Positions 48,292 to 56,797 of a DNA stretch of 64,000 bases are shown in pieces. Positions within the stretch are counted from its first letter, which is position 1. Each line of letters starts with the position of its first letter. The stretch is from Gemmatimonadota bacterium (GTDB taxonomy: Bacteria; Gemmatimonadota; Gemmatimonadetes; Palauibacterales; Palauibacteraceae). The DNA lies in the NCBI GenBank assembly GCA_039589875.1, contig JBDHGL010000011.1, forward strand, positions 16,282 through 80,281, read 5' to 3'. The notes below the pieces were generated by a model that ran no database searches, was not told the origin of the DNA, and was given only the letters and a program-made list of their open reading frames with translations. Made by a program: the position numbers and the translations under genes.

Positions 48292-49122
48292 GTGTCCGTG
48301 AAAGGAGACCTACGCCGGCGTCTTCTGGTAGCCGCCGTCGGCATTCCAGCCTCCGTCATCGTCGTGTACGCCGGCGGCGTCTTTCTCGCGCTGGGATTGG
48401 GGTTCCTCGCTGCCGTCGGCTTCTGGGAATATGCGGGGATGCTCCGGGAAACGGGCTATCGGCCGTTTCTGCCTGTCGGTATCCTGACCGCGATCATCCT
48501 CCCGTTCTGCGTTTTGGACCTCGGCTTTGGTCTCGCCTGGGTGGTTGGTGTCGTGGCCCTGGCGGGCGGATCTGCCTGGGCGATCTTCCGGCTCGAGCCG
48601 GCCGAGCGCCCCATCTCCAATACCGCGATCACGATGTTCGGAGCTTTATATCTCGGTGGATTCCTCAGCTTCGGCATCCCGCTGAGGGAGTGGTTCCTGC
48701 CCGGTCGAGTAGAGGGCACGTTACTTTTTTTCTATCCGGTGGTCGTGACATGGCTAGCGGACACGGCGGCGTACGCCGGTGGAAAGTCGTTTGGAAAGAG
48801 ACAGCTTTCACCCGTCATCAGCCCGAACAAGACGATCGAGGGAGCCGTGTCCGCCGTGATAGCGGGGGCCGTGGCGGCCCTGCTGTACGGTATGTGGGTG
48901 TTGCCTGCCGCCGGTGGCGTGGTCCGGTCGATCCTGTTCGGTATTTTCGTCTCGGTCCTTGCGATTCTCGGGGATCTCGTGGAGTCTGCGCTAAAGCGCG
49001 AGTGCGGGCAAAAGGACTCGTCCGGACTCCTGCCGGGCCACGGAGGCTTCCTCGACCGGCTGGACTCGCTGCTTTGGGCGATCCCGGGCGCATACGTTTT
49101 CTTTTGGATCGCCGGCCTCTGA
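48292..49122 (+). CDS. cdsA: Phosphatidate cytidylyltransferase
   Basis: Polytopic membrane protein; SPNKTIEG, GDLVESALKRECGQKDSSGLLPGHGGFLDRLDS. Confidence 0.92.
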   Translation: MSVKGDLRRRLLVAAVGIPASVIVVYAGGVFLALGLGFLAAVGFWEYAGMLRETGYRPFLPVGILTAIILPFCVLDLGFGLAWVVGVVALAGGSAWAIFRLEPAERPISNTAITMFGALYLGGFLSFGIPLREWFLPGRVEGTLLFFYPVVVTWLADTAAYAGGKSFGKRQLSPVISPNKTIEGAVSAVIAGAVAALLYGMWVLPAAGGVVRSILFGIFVSVLAILGDLVESALKRECGQKDSSGLLPGHGGFLDRLDSLLWAIPGAYVFFWIAGL

Positions 49123-49269
49123 ACCAGCCGATTTGGCAGGGCCGAGACAATCAGTGATGGGCACCGATCCTGCAGTCGGAGTGGCCCGATTAGCCGGTAT
49201 CCACCGACGCAGAGGCTCGAACGGCCGTGCGGCGGAACCGGGAACCACCAGGTGGGGTGATAGCAGCGC

Positions 49270-50361
49270 ATGGATCTAATGGTGACGATACTGGCGACCG
49301 TCGTCGTGCTCGGAGTGTTGATCTTCGTGCACGAGCTCGGACACTTCCTGGCGGCCAAGGCGGTCGACATTGAAGTGCAGCGATTTTCGCTCGGCCTCGG
49401 CCCGAAGATGTTCGGCTTTCGCAAGGGGGAGACCGAGTACGTCGTCTCCTGGTTCCCGCTGGGTGGATACGTGAAGATGGCGGGGATGGCGGAGGAGGAC
49501 GCCCTCGGAGGGCTGGAGGGATCGGCATCCGAAGCGAGAGGCCCCTCGCCTCGCGATTTCGATGCGAAATCGTTGCCGGCGCGAACTCTCGTCATCTCGG
49601 CCGGCGTCGTCATGAACTTCCTGTTCGCCCTCGTCGCTTTCATCGTCGTGGCTCACGCCCAAGGCACGCAGCTCGCGCTTGTTCGCGAGGTTCAAGAGGA
49701 TTCGCCGGCGGCCGAGGCAGGCTTCCAGCCGGGTGACCGCATCGTCAGCGTCGAGGGGCAGCGCGTGCGCGCCTTCGACGAGCTTCGGCTTCTCGTTCAG
49801 CAGAGTCCGGGGTCGCCGATCCGTGTCGGGGTCGATCGCGACGGCGAGCGGCAGACGCTGTCGGTCGTTCCGCGCAGCGTTCGAATCTGGAGCGACGTGA
49901 TCCGGGACTCGGTGGAGATCGGTCAGATCGGCGTCACCTCGGATCCCGAGGCGGGGTATCGGACGCTCAGCTGGGCCGAGGCGATTCCGGAGGGCACGTA
50001 TCGGACCTGGTACTGGGTTCGCATCACCTTCGAGTTCATCGGCCAGTTGGTCAGCGGTCAGAGCAGTGCCAAGGAGGTCGGCGGCCCGATTCTGATCGGC
50101 CAGCTGTCTGGCGAGGCGGCTCGCGCCGGTATCTGGTCGCTGCTCTCCTTCATGGCGATCATCAGCGTGAATCTGGCGATCCTGAACCTGCTCCCCGTAC
50201 CGGTCCTGGATGGCGGCCACCTGACGTTTCTCGCCTTCGAGGGCGTTCGTGGTCGGGCGCTGAGCATCGAGCAGCGGATCCGGCTCACGCAGGTCGGAAT
50301 GGTCCTCGTGGTGGGCCTGATGGTCTGGGTGATCACGAACGACGTGCTGAGGCTGCTCTAG
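49270..50361 (+). CDS. rseP: RIP site-2 metalloprotease RseP
   Basis: HELGHFLAAK, PDZ domain, NLAILNLLPVPVLDGG. Confidence 0.93.
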   Translation: MDLMVTILATVVVLGVLIFVHELGHFLAAKAVDIEVQRFSLGLGPKMFGFRKGETEYVVSWFPLGGYVKMAGMAEEDALGGLEGSASEARGPSPRDFDAKSLPARTLVISAGVVMNFLFALVAFIVVAHAQGTQLALVREVQEDSPAAEAGFQPGDRIVSVEGQRVRAFDELRLLVQQSPGSPIRVGVDRDGERQTLSVVPRSVRIWSDVIRDSVEIGQIGVTSDPEAGYRTLSWAEAIPEGTYRTWYWVRITFEFIGQLVSGQSSAKEVGGPILIGQLSGEAARAGIWSLLSFMAIISVNLAILNLLPVPVLDGGHLTFLAFEGVRGRALSIEQRIRLTQVGMVLVVGLMVWVITNDVLRLL

Positions 50362-50370
50362 AGCCTCGTT

Positions 50371-51195
50371 TCAGAACAGGTCGAGCTGCCTCTCACCCAA
50401 CGCTTGTTGTCTGAGCTCCTCGACGTCGTATAGCCTCGTCGGGCGCTTCTGCGTAGCGACCTCGATCAGCCCCCGATAGCTGTGCGCGGTCAGCGCCTCG
50501 GCCACCGTGTCGATGGCCAGAGACCTGTCGTTGCACTCCTCGCTCACGTGAGCTAGGAGTATTCCGCCGAGCTCCGCGTGGTGTAGCTCGCAGGCCAATT
50601 CTGCGGCCATCCGGTTCGAGAGGTGGCCTCGACTGCCTCCGATTCTCTCCTTGATGGCCCACGGGTACGGGCCCTCGCGCAACAAGAGGTCGTCATGGTT
50701 GGCTTCCAGCACGAGAAAGTGACAGTTGCGTAGAGCGTTGCGTACCGGTCCGGTGGGGCGGCCCAAGTCCGTGGCGATGCCGATCTTGAGGCCGGAGCGA
50801 TGATCGCTCAGCGTTAGAGCCAAGGGGTCGGCCGCGTCGTGACTGGTGAGGAACGAGCGCACTTCGAGGTCGCGAATCCGGAATGTGGTCTCGCGCTCGA
50901 ACCTGCACACCTCCTCTTGTCCGCGAAGCAGGTCGGCGCAGAGCGTGGCGGTTCGACGGCTCATGTAGATCGGCCATCCCCACCGTCGGGCGGCGACACC
51001 GATCGCTCTCGTATGGTCGCGGTGTTCGTGCGTAACGACGATCGCCGCGATGCTCGGCGGATCGACGTCGAGTGTCTCGAGGCGGCGCCCGATCTGCCGG
51101 GCGCTCAGTCCCGCGTCGACTAGCAGCCGCGTGTCACCGGCCTCGACGAAAAGCGAGTTCCCCTGACTTCCGCTTCCGAGCGCCGCGATCCGCAC
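50371..51195 (-). CDS. MBL-fold metallo-hydrolase (YycJ/WalJ-like)
   Basis: VRIAALGSGSQGNS, LLVDAGLS, VVTHEHRDH, SRGHLSN. GTG 51195 is 10 nt after the upstream stop. Confidence 0.85.
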   Translation of the reverse strand: MRIAALGSGSQGNSLFVEAGDTRLLVDAGLSARQIGRRLETLDVDPPSIAAIVVTHEHRDHTRAIGVAARRWGWPIYMSRRTATLCADLLRGQEEVCRFERETTFRIRDLEVRSFLTSHDAADPLALTLSDHRSGLKIGIATDLGRPTGPVRNALRNCHFLVLEANHDDLLLREGPYPWAIKERIGGSRGHLSNRMAAELACELHHAELGGILLAHVSEECNDRSLAIDTVAEALTAHSYRGLIEVATQKRPTRLYDVEELRQQALGERQLDLF

Positions 51196-51205
51196 GGCTA
51201 TCGAT

Positions 51206-52405
51206 TCACCTGCGCGTCTCCGTTGCCGACTCCCAGACGTCCGCGAGCCAGGCTCGCTGCGCGTCTCCGAACTCCACATCCCGACGCTGCGAGGCGAGAT
51301 CCGCTGTGCGGAGAAATCCGTCCAGCCGATGCACGGTTGAGGGGTCGCCCCAACTGAACGGCGGTGTCCACTTGCCCGGTGCGCCATCGAACACGTTTGC
51401 GCCGCAGCCGATCACCGCGCCTGTGGGGATCAAGGTTCCGATCGCCGTCTTCACGTGGTCCCCGATCAGGCACCCGAACTTGAGGAGCCCGGTGTCGACC
51501 TCCTCGCTCGGACCGGCAAGTCGCACGCTGCCATACGTGTTCTTGAGGTCGCTGTTCGTGGTCAGAGCTCCGAGGTTCACCCACCGTCCCACGTAGGCGT
51601 GTCCGAGGAAGCCGTCGTGCGCCTTGTTCGTGTAGCCGAGAATGACGGATTCCTCGATCTCTCCGCGTAGATAGCTGTGGGGTCCGGCGGTCACGCTGGA
51701 GAAGGTGCCGCCCAGCAGGCGGCTGGATGGCCCGGCGTACAGCGGGCCGGTGAGCCGGCTTCCGGCCAGGACTTCGACTCCCCTATCCAGGCAGATCGGT
51801 CCGTCTCGGAGGTCCAGCAGTACGCCCGGCTCGATTCGCACATCGTCGGCGATCTGCAGGGTGGCGTCACCGATTCGCTCCGCGGCGACGGAGCCTGCGG
51901 CTTCCGCGATTCCGGTAAGGCCGGTCGCGAGGTCACGGGCCGTCCGATCGGGGGACTCGGAGACGAGCTCCCACACCTTCTGCAGAACGGCGCCCTCGAC
52001 AACGAGCGCGCCGCCGGGGAGCGGCGCCGGAGCGGAGAGCCATTCGGCATCAGGGGCGTCGAGTCCGGACGGCAGGTAGGCGCCGACGACTTCTCCGTCG
52101 ATCTCTAGGGTGCAGGGGCTATCGGGCGGCTCAAAGCGGGCCCCCGGCTCCGGAACGGCGCGAGAGCTCAGCAGAAGACGGTCCGCTGCCGGGAGATGCT
52201 CGTACGCTATCGCCGGCGGCGCTCCGTCCTCCGCGAAGGATCCCAGCCAGGCTCGGCTCAGCAGGCCGTCGGCCGGCGTTCCGGCGAACCGCTCGAGGCG
52301 CTGACGCAGCGACATGACGCCGAACAGAAGCTCGGAGCATGGGCGGCTGAGCGAGAACGGATCCCATTCGTCGGCGGGCCTATCGTCGAAGATGTAGAGC
52401 TTCAA
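51206..52405 (-). CDS. Putative sugar nucleotidyltransferase with left-handed beta-helix C-domain (NTP_transf_4 / TIGR03991-like alternative GlmU)
   Basis: MKLYIFDDRPADEWDPFSLSRPCSELLFG N-terminus typical of the family; hexapeptide-repeat C-terminal half. Confidence 0.6.
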   Translation of the reverse strand: MKLYIFDDRPADEWDPFSLSRPCSELLFGVMSLRQRLERFAGTPADGLLSRAWLGSFAEDGAPPAIAYEHLPAADRLLLSSRAVPEPGARFEPPDSPCTLEIDGEVVGAYLPSGLDAPDAEWLSAPAPLPGGALVVEGAVLQKVWELVSESPDRTARDLATGLTGIAEAAGSVAAERIGDATLQIADDVRIEPGVLLDLRDGPICLDRGVEVLAGSRLTGPLYAGPSSRLLGGTFSSVTAGPHSYLRGEIEESVILGYTNKAHDGFLGHAYVGRWVNLGALTTNSDLKNTYGSVRLAGPSEEVDTGLLKFGCLIGDHVKTAIGTLIPTGAVIGCGANVFDGAPGKWTPPFSWGDPSTVHRLDGFLRTADLASQRRDVEFGDAQRAWLADVWESATETRR

Positions 52406-53448
52406 TCTTCCTCCACCGAATCCTGCTCCGCCTCGACGGTCTCGAAGATTCGCTTCATGTCCGCTGCAGCTTCCCGAGTCGTGACGAAGGTGTGCTCTCC
52501 GCTATGGACGACGACGAGATCGTGCACTCCGAAGAGGGTGATCTTGCCGTCATCGGACCAGACGACGTTTCCCTCGCTCTCAACCAGCTCCGCCCGCCCC
52601 TGCACGAAGTTGCCCCGGGCGTCGGGCGGTCGAGTCCGCCCGAGCGAGTTCCAGCCTCCCACATCGTCCCACTGAAACGAGGCTTCCACGACTCCGATCC
52701 TCTTGGACCGCTCCATCACCGCGACGTCGACCGAAATCGGTTCCGACGAGCGGAAGAACTCGGCCACGTTTCCGTTGTCCAGCTGAGCGAGTGCAATCTC
52801 CGGAGCCAGAGCACGCACGGCGTCAATCAGGTCCTGCGCCCGCCAGATGAAGATCCCGCTGTTCCACAAATAGGCGCCCGATTCGAGATAGGAGCGAGCG
52901 GTCGCTTCGTCCGGCTTCTCGACGAACTCGGCCGCCTCGTATACGCCGCTCTCCAACGCCTCGCCACGCCGCACGTAACCGTATCCGGTTTCCGGTCGGT
53001 CCGGGACGATGCCCAGGCAGAGGAGGCGCCCGCCGCCGGCTGCATCGACGCCGGCACGGGTCGTGTCCAGAAAATCTTGAAGCGTCTCGATCACGTGGTC
53101 GGCATGCAGCGACACGATGACTGCGTTGGGCTCTCTCCCGACGATCTCGTGCGCGGCCCAGGCGAGTGCCGGGCCGGTGCCCCGAGGCTCGGGCTCGACG
53201 AGGAAATTCTCCGGCGACAACTCCGGAAGTACGTGGCGGATGGCGTCGATCAGATGCGCTCCGGCGACGATGATAGTCCGGTCAAGCCCCGCCAGCGCCG
53301 AAGCCCGTTCCACGGTATCCGCGATCAGCGGGCGGGCGCTCCCGAGCGGGAGTAGCTGCTTCGGGCGCTCGGGGCGTGAGGCGGGCCAGAAGCGCGAACC
53401 TACACCGCCGGCCAGGACGACCGCGAACGGACGCTGGAACTGACTCAC
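52402..53448 (-). CDS. manC: Mannose-1-phosphate guanylyltransferase (NDP-sugar pyrophosphorylase)
   Basis: FAVVLAGGVGSRFWPASRPERPKQLLPL, YGYV, WNSGIFIW. GTG 53448; the ORF-track N-extension is not gene-like. Confidence 0.85.
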   Translation of the reverse strand: MSQFQRPFAVVLAGGVGSRFWPASRPERPKQLLPLGSARPLIADTVERASALAGLDRTIIVAGAHLIDAIRHVLPELSPENFLVEPEPRGTGPALAWAAHEIVGREPNAVIVSLHADHVIETLQDFLDTTRAGVDAAGGGRLLCLGIVPDRPETGYGYVRRGEALESGVYEAAEFVEKPDEATARSYLESGAYLWNSGIFIWRAQDLIDAVRALAPEIALAQLDNGNVAEFFRSSEPISVDVAVMERSKRIGVVEASFQWDDVGGWNSLGRTRPPDARGNFVQGRAELVESEGNVVWSDDGKITLFGVHDLVVVHSGEHTFVTTREAAADMKRIFETVEAEQDSVEED

Positions 53449-53651
53449 TGGATGACCGTATTCACAGGCTCCGAGGTTGGTTGCGCGTCCACGATCGTCG
53501 CCGGAGCGATCGCCGTGCGGAGGAGGCGCGCGCCCCGCAAGCGAGGCTTGCCGCAGCGGAACGCCATCGGCGTTCGCAACGTACCGGCCGCGCACATCGG
53601 GAGTCAACCAATCTGAGCGGAAATTACAAGTGAATCAGTGACTTAGCCTGC

Positions 53652-53680
53652 TTGACCGGGCTCGGGACCCCGGACATTAT
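53652..53680 (+). promoter_or_regulatory. Putative promoter TTGACC-17 nt-CATTAT upstream of the lipoprotein/serS unit
   Basis: Hexamers at 53652-57 and 53675-80. The start codon TTG 53736 is preceded by GGGAGG. Confidence 0.4.
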
Positions 53681-53735
53681 CGTCGAGAGGTCGCGAGTGC
53701 TCGCAGGCACGAACCAGAGATTTTCGGGAGGTTTC

Positions 53736-54284
53736 TTGATACATCGGTTACCGCTTTGGACCGCCATCTTCCTCGTCGCTCTGTTGCCAGCTTGTAGCAG
53801 CACGCCGGTAGGCTTGCCCGTGCCGGAGGAACCGGCCTTTGCCACCGTAGCCGACTTTCTCGTAGGCCCTCTGGTGGAGCCTTCCGCTTACAGCTGGATA
53901 CTCCTCCAGACAGTGCGAACCGATCAAACGAGCGAGTGGGACTTCGCTTTCGCTTTCCAGGATAGTGTGGCGAATCTGTTTCCGAGGGCCTCGGTTCTGG
54001 ACGAACCATCTTCGGCCGGTCTGCAGATCGTCGATGTATCGTTCGAGGAGCTGATAATCGCGCCTGCGACCGGTTACGTGACCGATGAGCCGGTCGCCGT
54101 GCAGGTCGGTGACGTTCTGGCAGCGGTGAGCCGCCGCCAGTGCGGGGGCGTTGCCCTCCGACGGTTCGGGAAAATGGAGATCCTCGACATCGACCTGGCC
54201 AGCAGCCGACTCACGTTCAAGCTGCTGGCCAACCCCAACTGCGAGAATCCGAACCTGGTGCCCGGAGAGATCGGCGAGGTCTGA
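53736..54284 (+). CDS. Lipoprotein of unknown function
   Basis: Signal peptide LIHRLPLWTAIFLVALLPAC with a lipobox (LPAC); mature part beta-rich with 2 Cys. No family recognised. More A/T-ending codons than its neighbours. Confidence 0.7.
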   Translation: MIHRLPLWTAIFLVALLPACSSTPVGLPVPEEPAFATVADFLVGPLVEPSAYSWILLQTVRTDQTSEWDFAFAFQDSVANLFPRASVLDEPSSAGLQIVDVSFEELIIAPATGYVTDEPVAVQVGDVLAAVSRRQCGGVALRRFGKMEILDIDLASSRLTFKLLANPNCENPNLVPGEIGEV

Positions 54285-54296
54285 TCGGTTGGCTTG

Positions 54297-55574
54297 ATGC
54301 TCGATATCCAATACCTCCGACAAAAACCCGAGGAATGTAGGGAACGGCTCGCCGTGCGGGCCGATCCCGAGTTGGCGGCGCTGCTCGACCGGGCGATCCG
54401 GCTCGACCGGACCCGACGCGACCTGATCGCCGAAGTCGAACAGCTCAAGGCCGAGAGGAACACGCGGTCGCGCGAGATCGGCGAACGGAAACGGGCCGGG
54501 GAGGATGCCGGGGAGCTCCTGGAGGCGATGCAGGATGTCGCGAACCGGATCCGCTCATTGGATCCGGCGCTTGCCGAGGCCGAGCGGGATCTGGAGGCGG
54601 TCCTCCTGGTCATCCCCAACCTCCCGAGCCCTCGTGTTCCGAGCGGTGGCGAGGGGGAGGGTGAGATCGTTCGCACCTGGGGCGAGCAGCCGTCCTTCGA
54701 CTTCGAGCCCCGACCGCACTGGGAGATCGGCGCCGACCTCGGAGTTCTGGATCTGGAGCGCGGCTCCAAGCTGTCGGGGAGCGGCTTTCCGGTTCTTGCT
54801 CGATCCGGTGCTCGGCTGCAGCGGGCGCTGGTGAGGCTGATGCTGGACACCCACACCGAGGAGCATGATTACGAGGAGATCGCGCCGCCCTACATGGTCA
54901 ACCGCGCCTCCATGATCGCGACGGGACACCTACCGAAATTCGAGGAAGACGCCTATCGGACCGAACCGGACGATCTGTTTCTCGTGCCGACGGCCGAGGT
55001 TCCGCTGACCAACCTGCACCGCGATGAGCTGCTGGAGGGGGCCGCGCTGCCGCGCGCGTATGTCGCCTACACGCCCTGCTTCCGTCGAGAGGCGGGCGCC
55101 GCCGGAAAGGACACCCGTGGACTTCTTCGCGTGCACCAGTTCGACAAGGTGGAGCTCGTACGACTGGTCGCTCCGGAAAGCTCCGACGAGCAATTGGAGG
55201 CACTGACGGGTCATGCGGAGCGCGTGCTGGAGCTGCTCGAGCTTCCGTACCGCAGGGTCGTGCTTCCCGGTGGCGACCTCGGCTTCGCCAACGCGATGAC
55301 GTACGATCTCGAAGCTTGGGCGGCTGGGGTGGCCACCTGGCTCGAGGTGTCCAGCTGCTCGAACTACACCGACTACCAGGCCCGGCGCGCCAACATTCGG
55401 TTTCGGCCCGCCCCGGGTGAGAAGCCCCGGCACGTGCACACGCTGAACGGGTCGGGGCTGGCGCTTCCGAGAATCCTGATCGCTCTCCTCGAGAACGGTC
55501 AACGCGAGGACGGCAGCGTGGATCTACCGGCGGCGCTCCACCCCTACGTCGGAGTGGATCGGCTGGTCCCGTGA
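54297..55574 (+). CDS. serS: Seryl-tRNA synthetase
   Basis: MLDIQYLR, N-terminal coiled coil, class II motifs FRREAGAAGKDTRGLLRVHQF and GSGLALPR. Confidence 0.97.
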   Translation: MLDIQYLRQKPEECRERLAVRADPELAALLDRAIRLDRTRRDLIAEVEQLKAERNTRSREIGERKRAGEDAGELLEAMQDVANRIRSLDPALAEAERDLEAVLLVIPNLPSPRVPSGGEGEGEIVRTWGEQPSFDFEPRPHWEIGADLGVLDLERGSKLSGSGFPVLARSGARLQRALVRLMLDTHTEEHDYEEIAPPYMVNRASMIATGHLPKFEEDAYRTEPDDLFLVPTAEVPLTNLHRDELLEGAALPRAYVAYTPCFRREAGAAGKDTRGLLRVHQFDKVELVRLVAPESSDEQLEALTGHAERVLELLELPYRRVVLPGGDLGFANAMTYDLEAWAAGVATWLEVSSCSNYTDYQARRANIRFRPAPGEKPRHVHTLNGSGLALPRILIALLENGQREDGSVDLPAALHPYVGVDRLVP

Positions 55575-56797
55575 GTCGTCGATTCTTTCCGTTGGCGATC
55601 GCTCTCGCGTTTGCGGCGGTGCTCGTCTCCTTTCTCGTCTACACGCAGCAGATGGCGAACGCGCTGCGGATGGACGCGGCGGTTTTCAGCCGCATCTATG
55701 CGCTGACCTTCCAGGCAACCAGCGCGCCCGACCCCCAGGAACAACAGCGCCTGACCGACGAAGTGTTGTTCGAAGTGCTCGGCGAGGTGAACCGGCTCGA
55801 GATCCCGGTGATCGTCACGGATCTGGAGGGGAACCCGACGTCGGTGGCCAACCTTCCGTTCGATGCTGCCCCACGCGATCCGGAAGGCATGCAGCGGATT
55901 CGGGCCTACGTGTCCGAGCTGGATCAGCGGAGTCCGGCCGTGACCGCTCCTCAGTACAACCTGCAAATCCACTTCGGCGAGCCGATCTTCCTGCGACGTC
56001 TGAAGTGGATCCCTTGGCTTCAGGCCTCGATTCTCTTCCTTCTCGTTGCCGGTGGAGCCCTGGTCGTTCTTACCTCGATACGAGGAGAGCGCGAGAGGAT
56101 ATGGTCGGCGATGGCGCGCGAGTCCGCGCATCAGATGGGCACGCCGCTCAGCTCGCTCGTCGGCTGGCTCGAGCAGATGGAGATGGCGCCGGCGGCCGCG
56201 GCCGGCTCGGGAACACCGCTGGCCGTGGCGCCGGCCGCTCCATCCGAGCTCGTCGCGGAGATGAAGGCGGACACCGACCGTCTGCTGAAGGTGTCGCGCC
56301 GCTTCGAGCTCATCGGCCAACCGCCAAGGCTGGACGAGGTGGCGATTGCGGCAGTGGCCGAGCGGTTGCGCCGGTACTTCGATGCCCGGCTGCCGAGCCT
56401 CGGAAGCCGGGTCTCGCTGGTCGTCGACGTGCCGGGAGACGCGCCTTCGGTGCTCGGTAACGAGACGCTCCTGGAGTGGGCGTTCGAGAACCTGATCAAG
56501 AACGCGTTGGACGCGCTCGCGGGGCGCGAGGGCAGGGTCGTGGTCGAGTACGACGGTCTCCATTCGGATCGGGCGGCCTTCCGGGTTCATGACACGGGCC
56601 CGGGCGTCTCGACCAGCCACCGCAAGCGCATCTTCGAGATCGGGTTCTCCACCAAGGAGAGCGGATGGGGTGTGGGTCTCTCTCTCGCCCGCAGGATCAT
56701 CGAGGACATGCACCAGGGTTCGATCGTGCTGGAGCACGGCGATTCGGGCGCGAGCTTCAGGATCCAGCTGCCGGTGGCCGAGAGGAGCGCGGTCTGA
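55571..56797 (+). CDS. Sensor histidine kinase (2 TM, HisKA plus HATPase_c), no adjacent response regulator
   Basis: H-box ESAHQMGTPLSSL, N-box NLIKNALDA, G1 DTGPGV, G2 GWGVGLSLAR. GTGA overlap with serS. Confidence 0.9.
   Translation: MSRRFFPLAIALAFAAVLVSFLVYTQQMANALRMDAAVFSRIYALTFQATSAPDPQEQQRLTDEVLFEVLGEVNRLEIPVIVTDLEGNPTSVANLPFDAAPRDPEGMQRIRAYVSELDQRSPAVTAPQYNLQIHFGEPIFLRRLKWIPWLQASILFLLVAGGALVVLTSIRGERERIWSAMARESAHQMGTPLSSLVGWLEQMEMAPAAAAGSGTPLAVAPAAPSELVAEMKADTDRLLKVSRRFELIGQPPRLDEVAIAAVAERLRRYFDARLPSLGSRVSLVVDVPGDAPSVLGNETLLEWAFENLIKNALDALAGREGRVVVEYDGLHSDRAAFRVHDTGPGVSTSHRKRIFEIGFSTKESGWGVGLSLARRIIEDMHQGSIVLEHGDSGASFRIQLPVAERSAV

Noticed and set aside
49157-49279. 40-codon ORF in the cdsA-rseP spacer (MGTDPAVGVARLAGIHRRRGSNG...)
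   Set aside because: Weak SD, and third-position G/C of about 64% by my count, well below neighbouring genes. It also overlaps the rseP start. Probably non-coding spacer, in the position where dxr sits in other bacteria.
53748-54323. 191-aa ORF antisense to the lipoprotein gene
   Set aside because: The + strand ORF has an SD, signal peptide and lipobox. The antisense ORF has none of these and overlaps the serS start.
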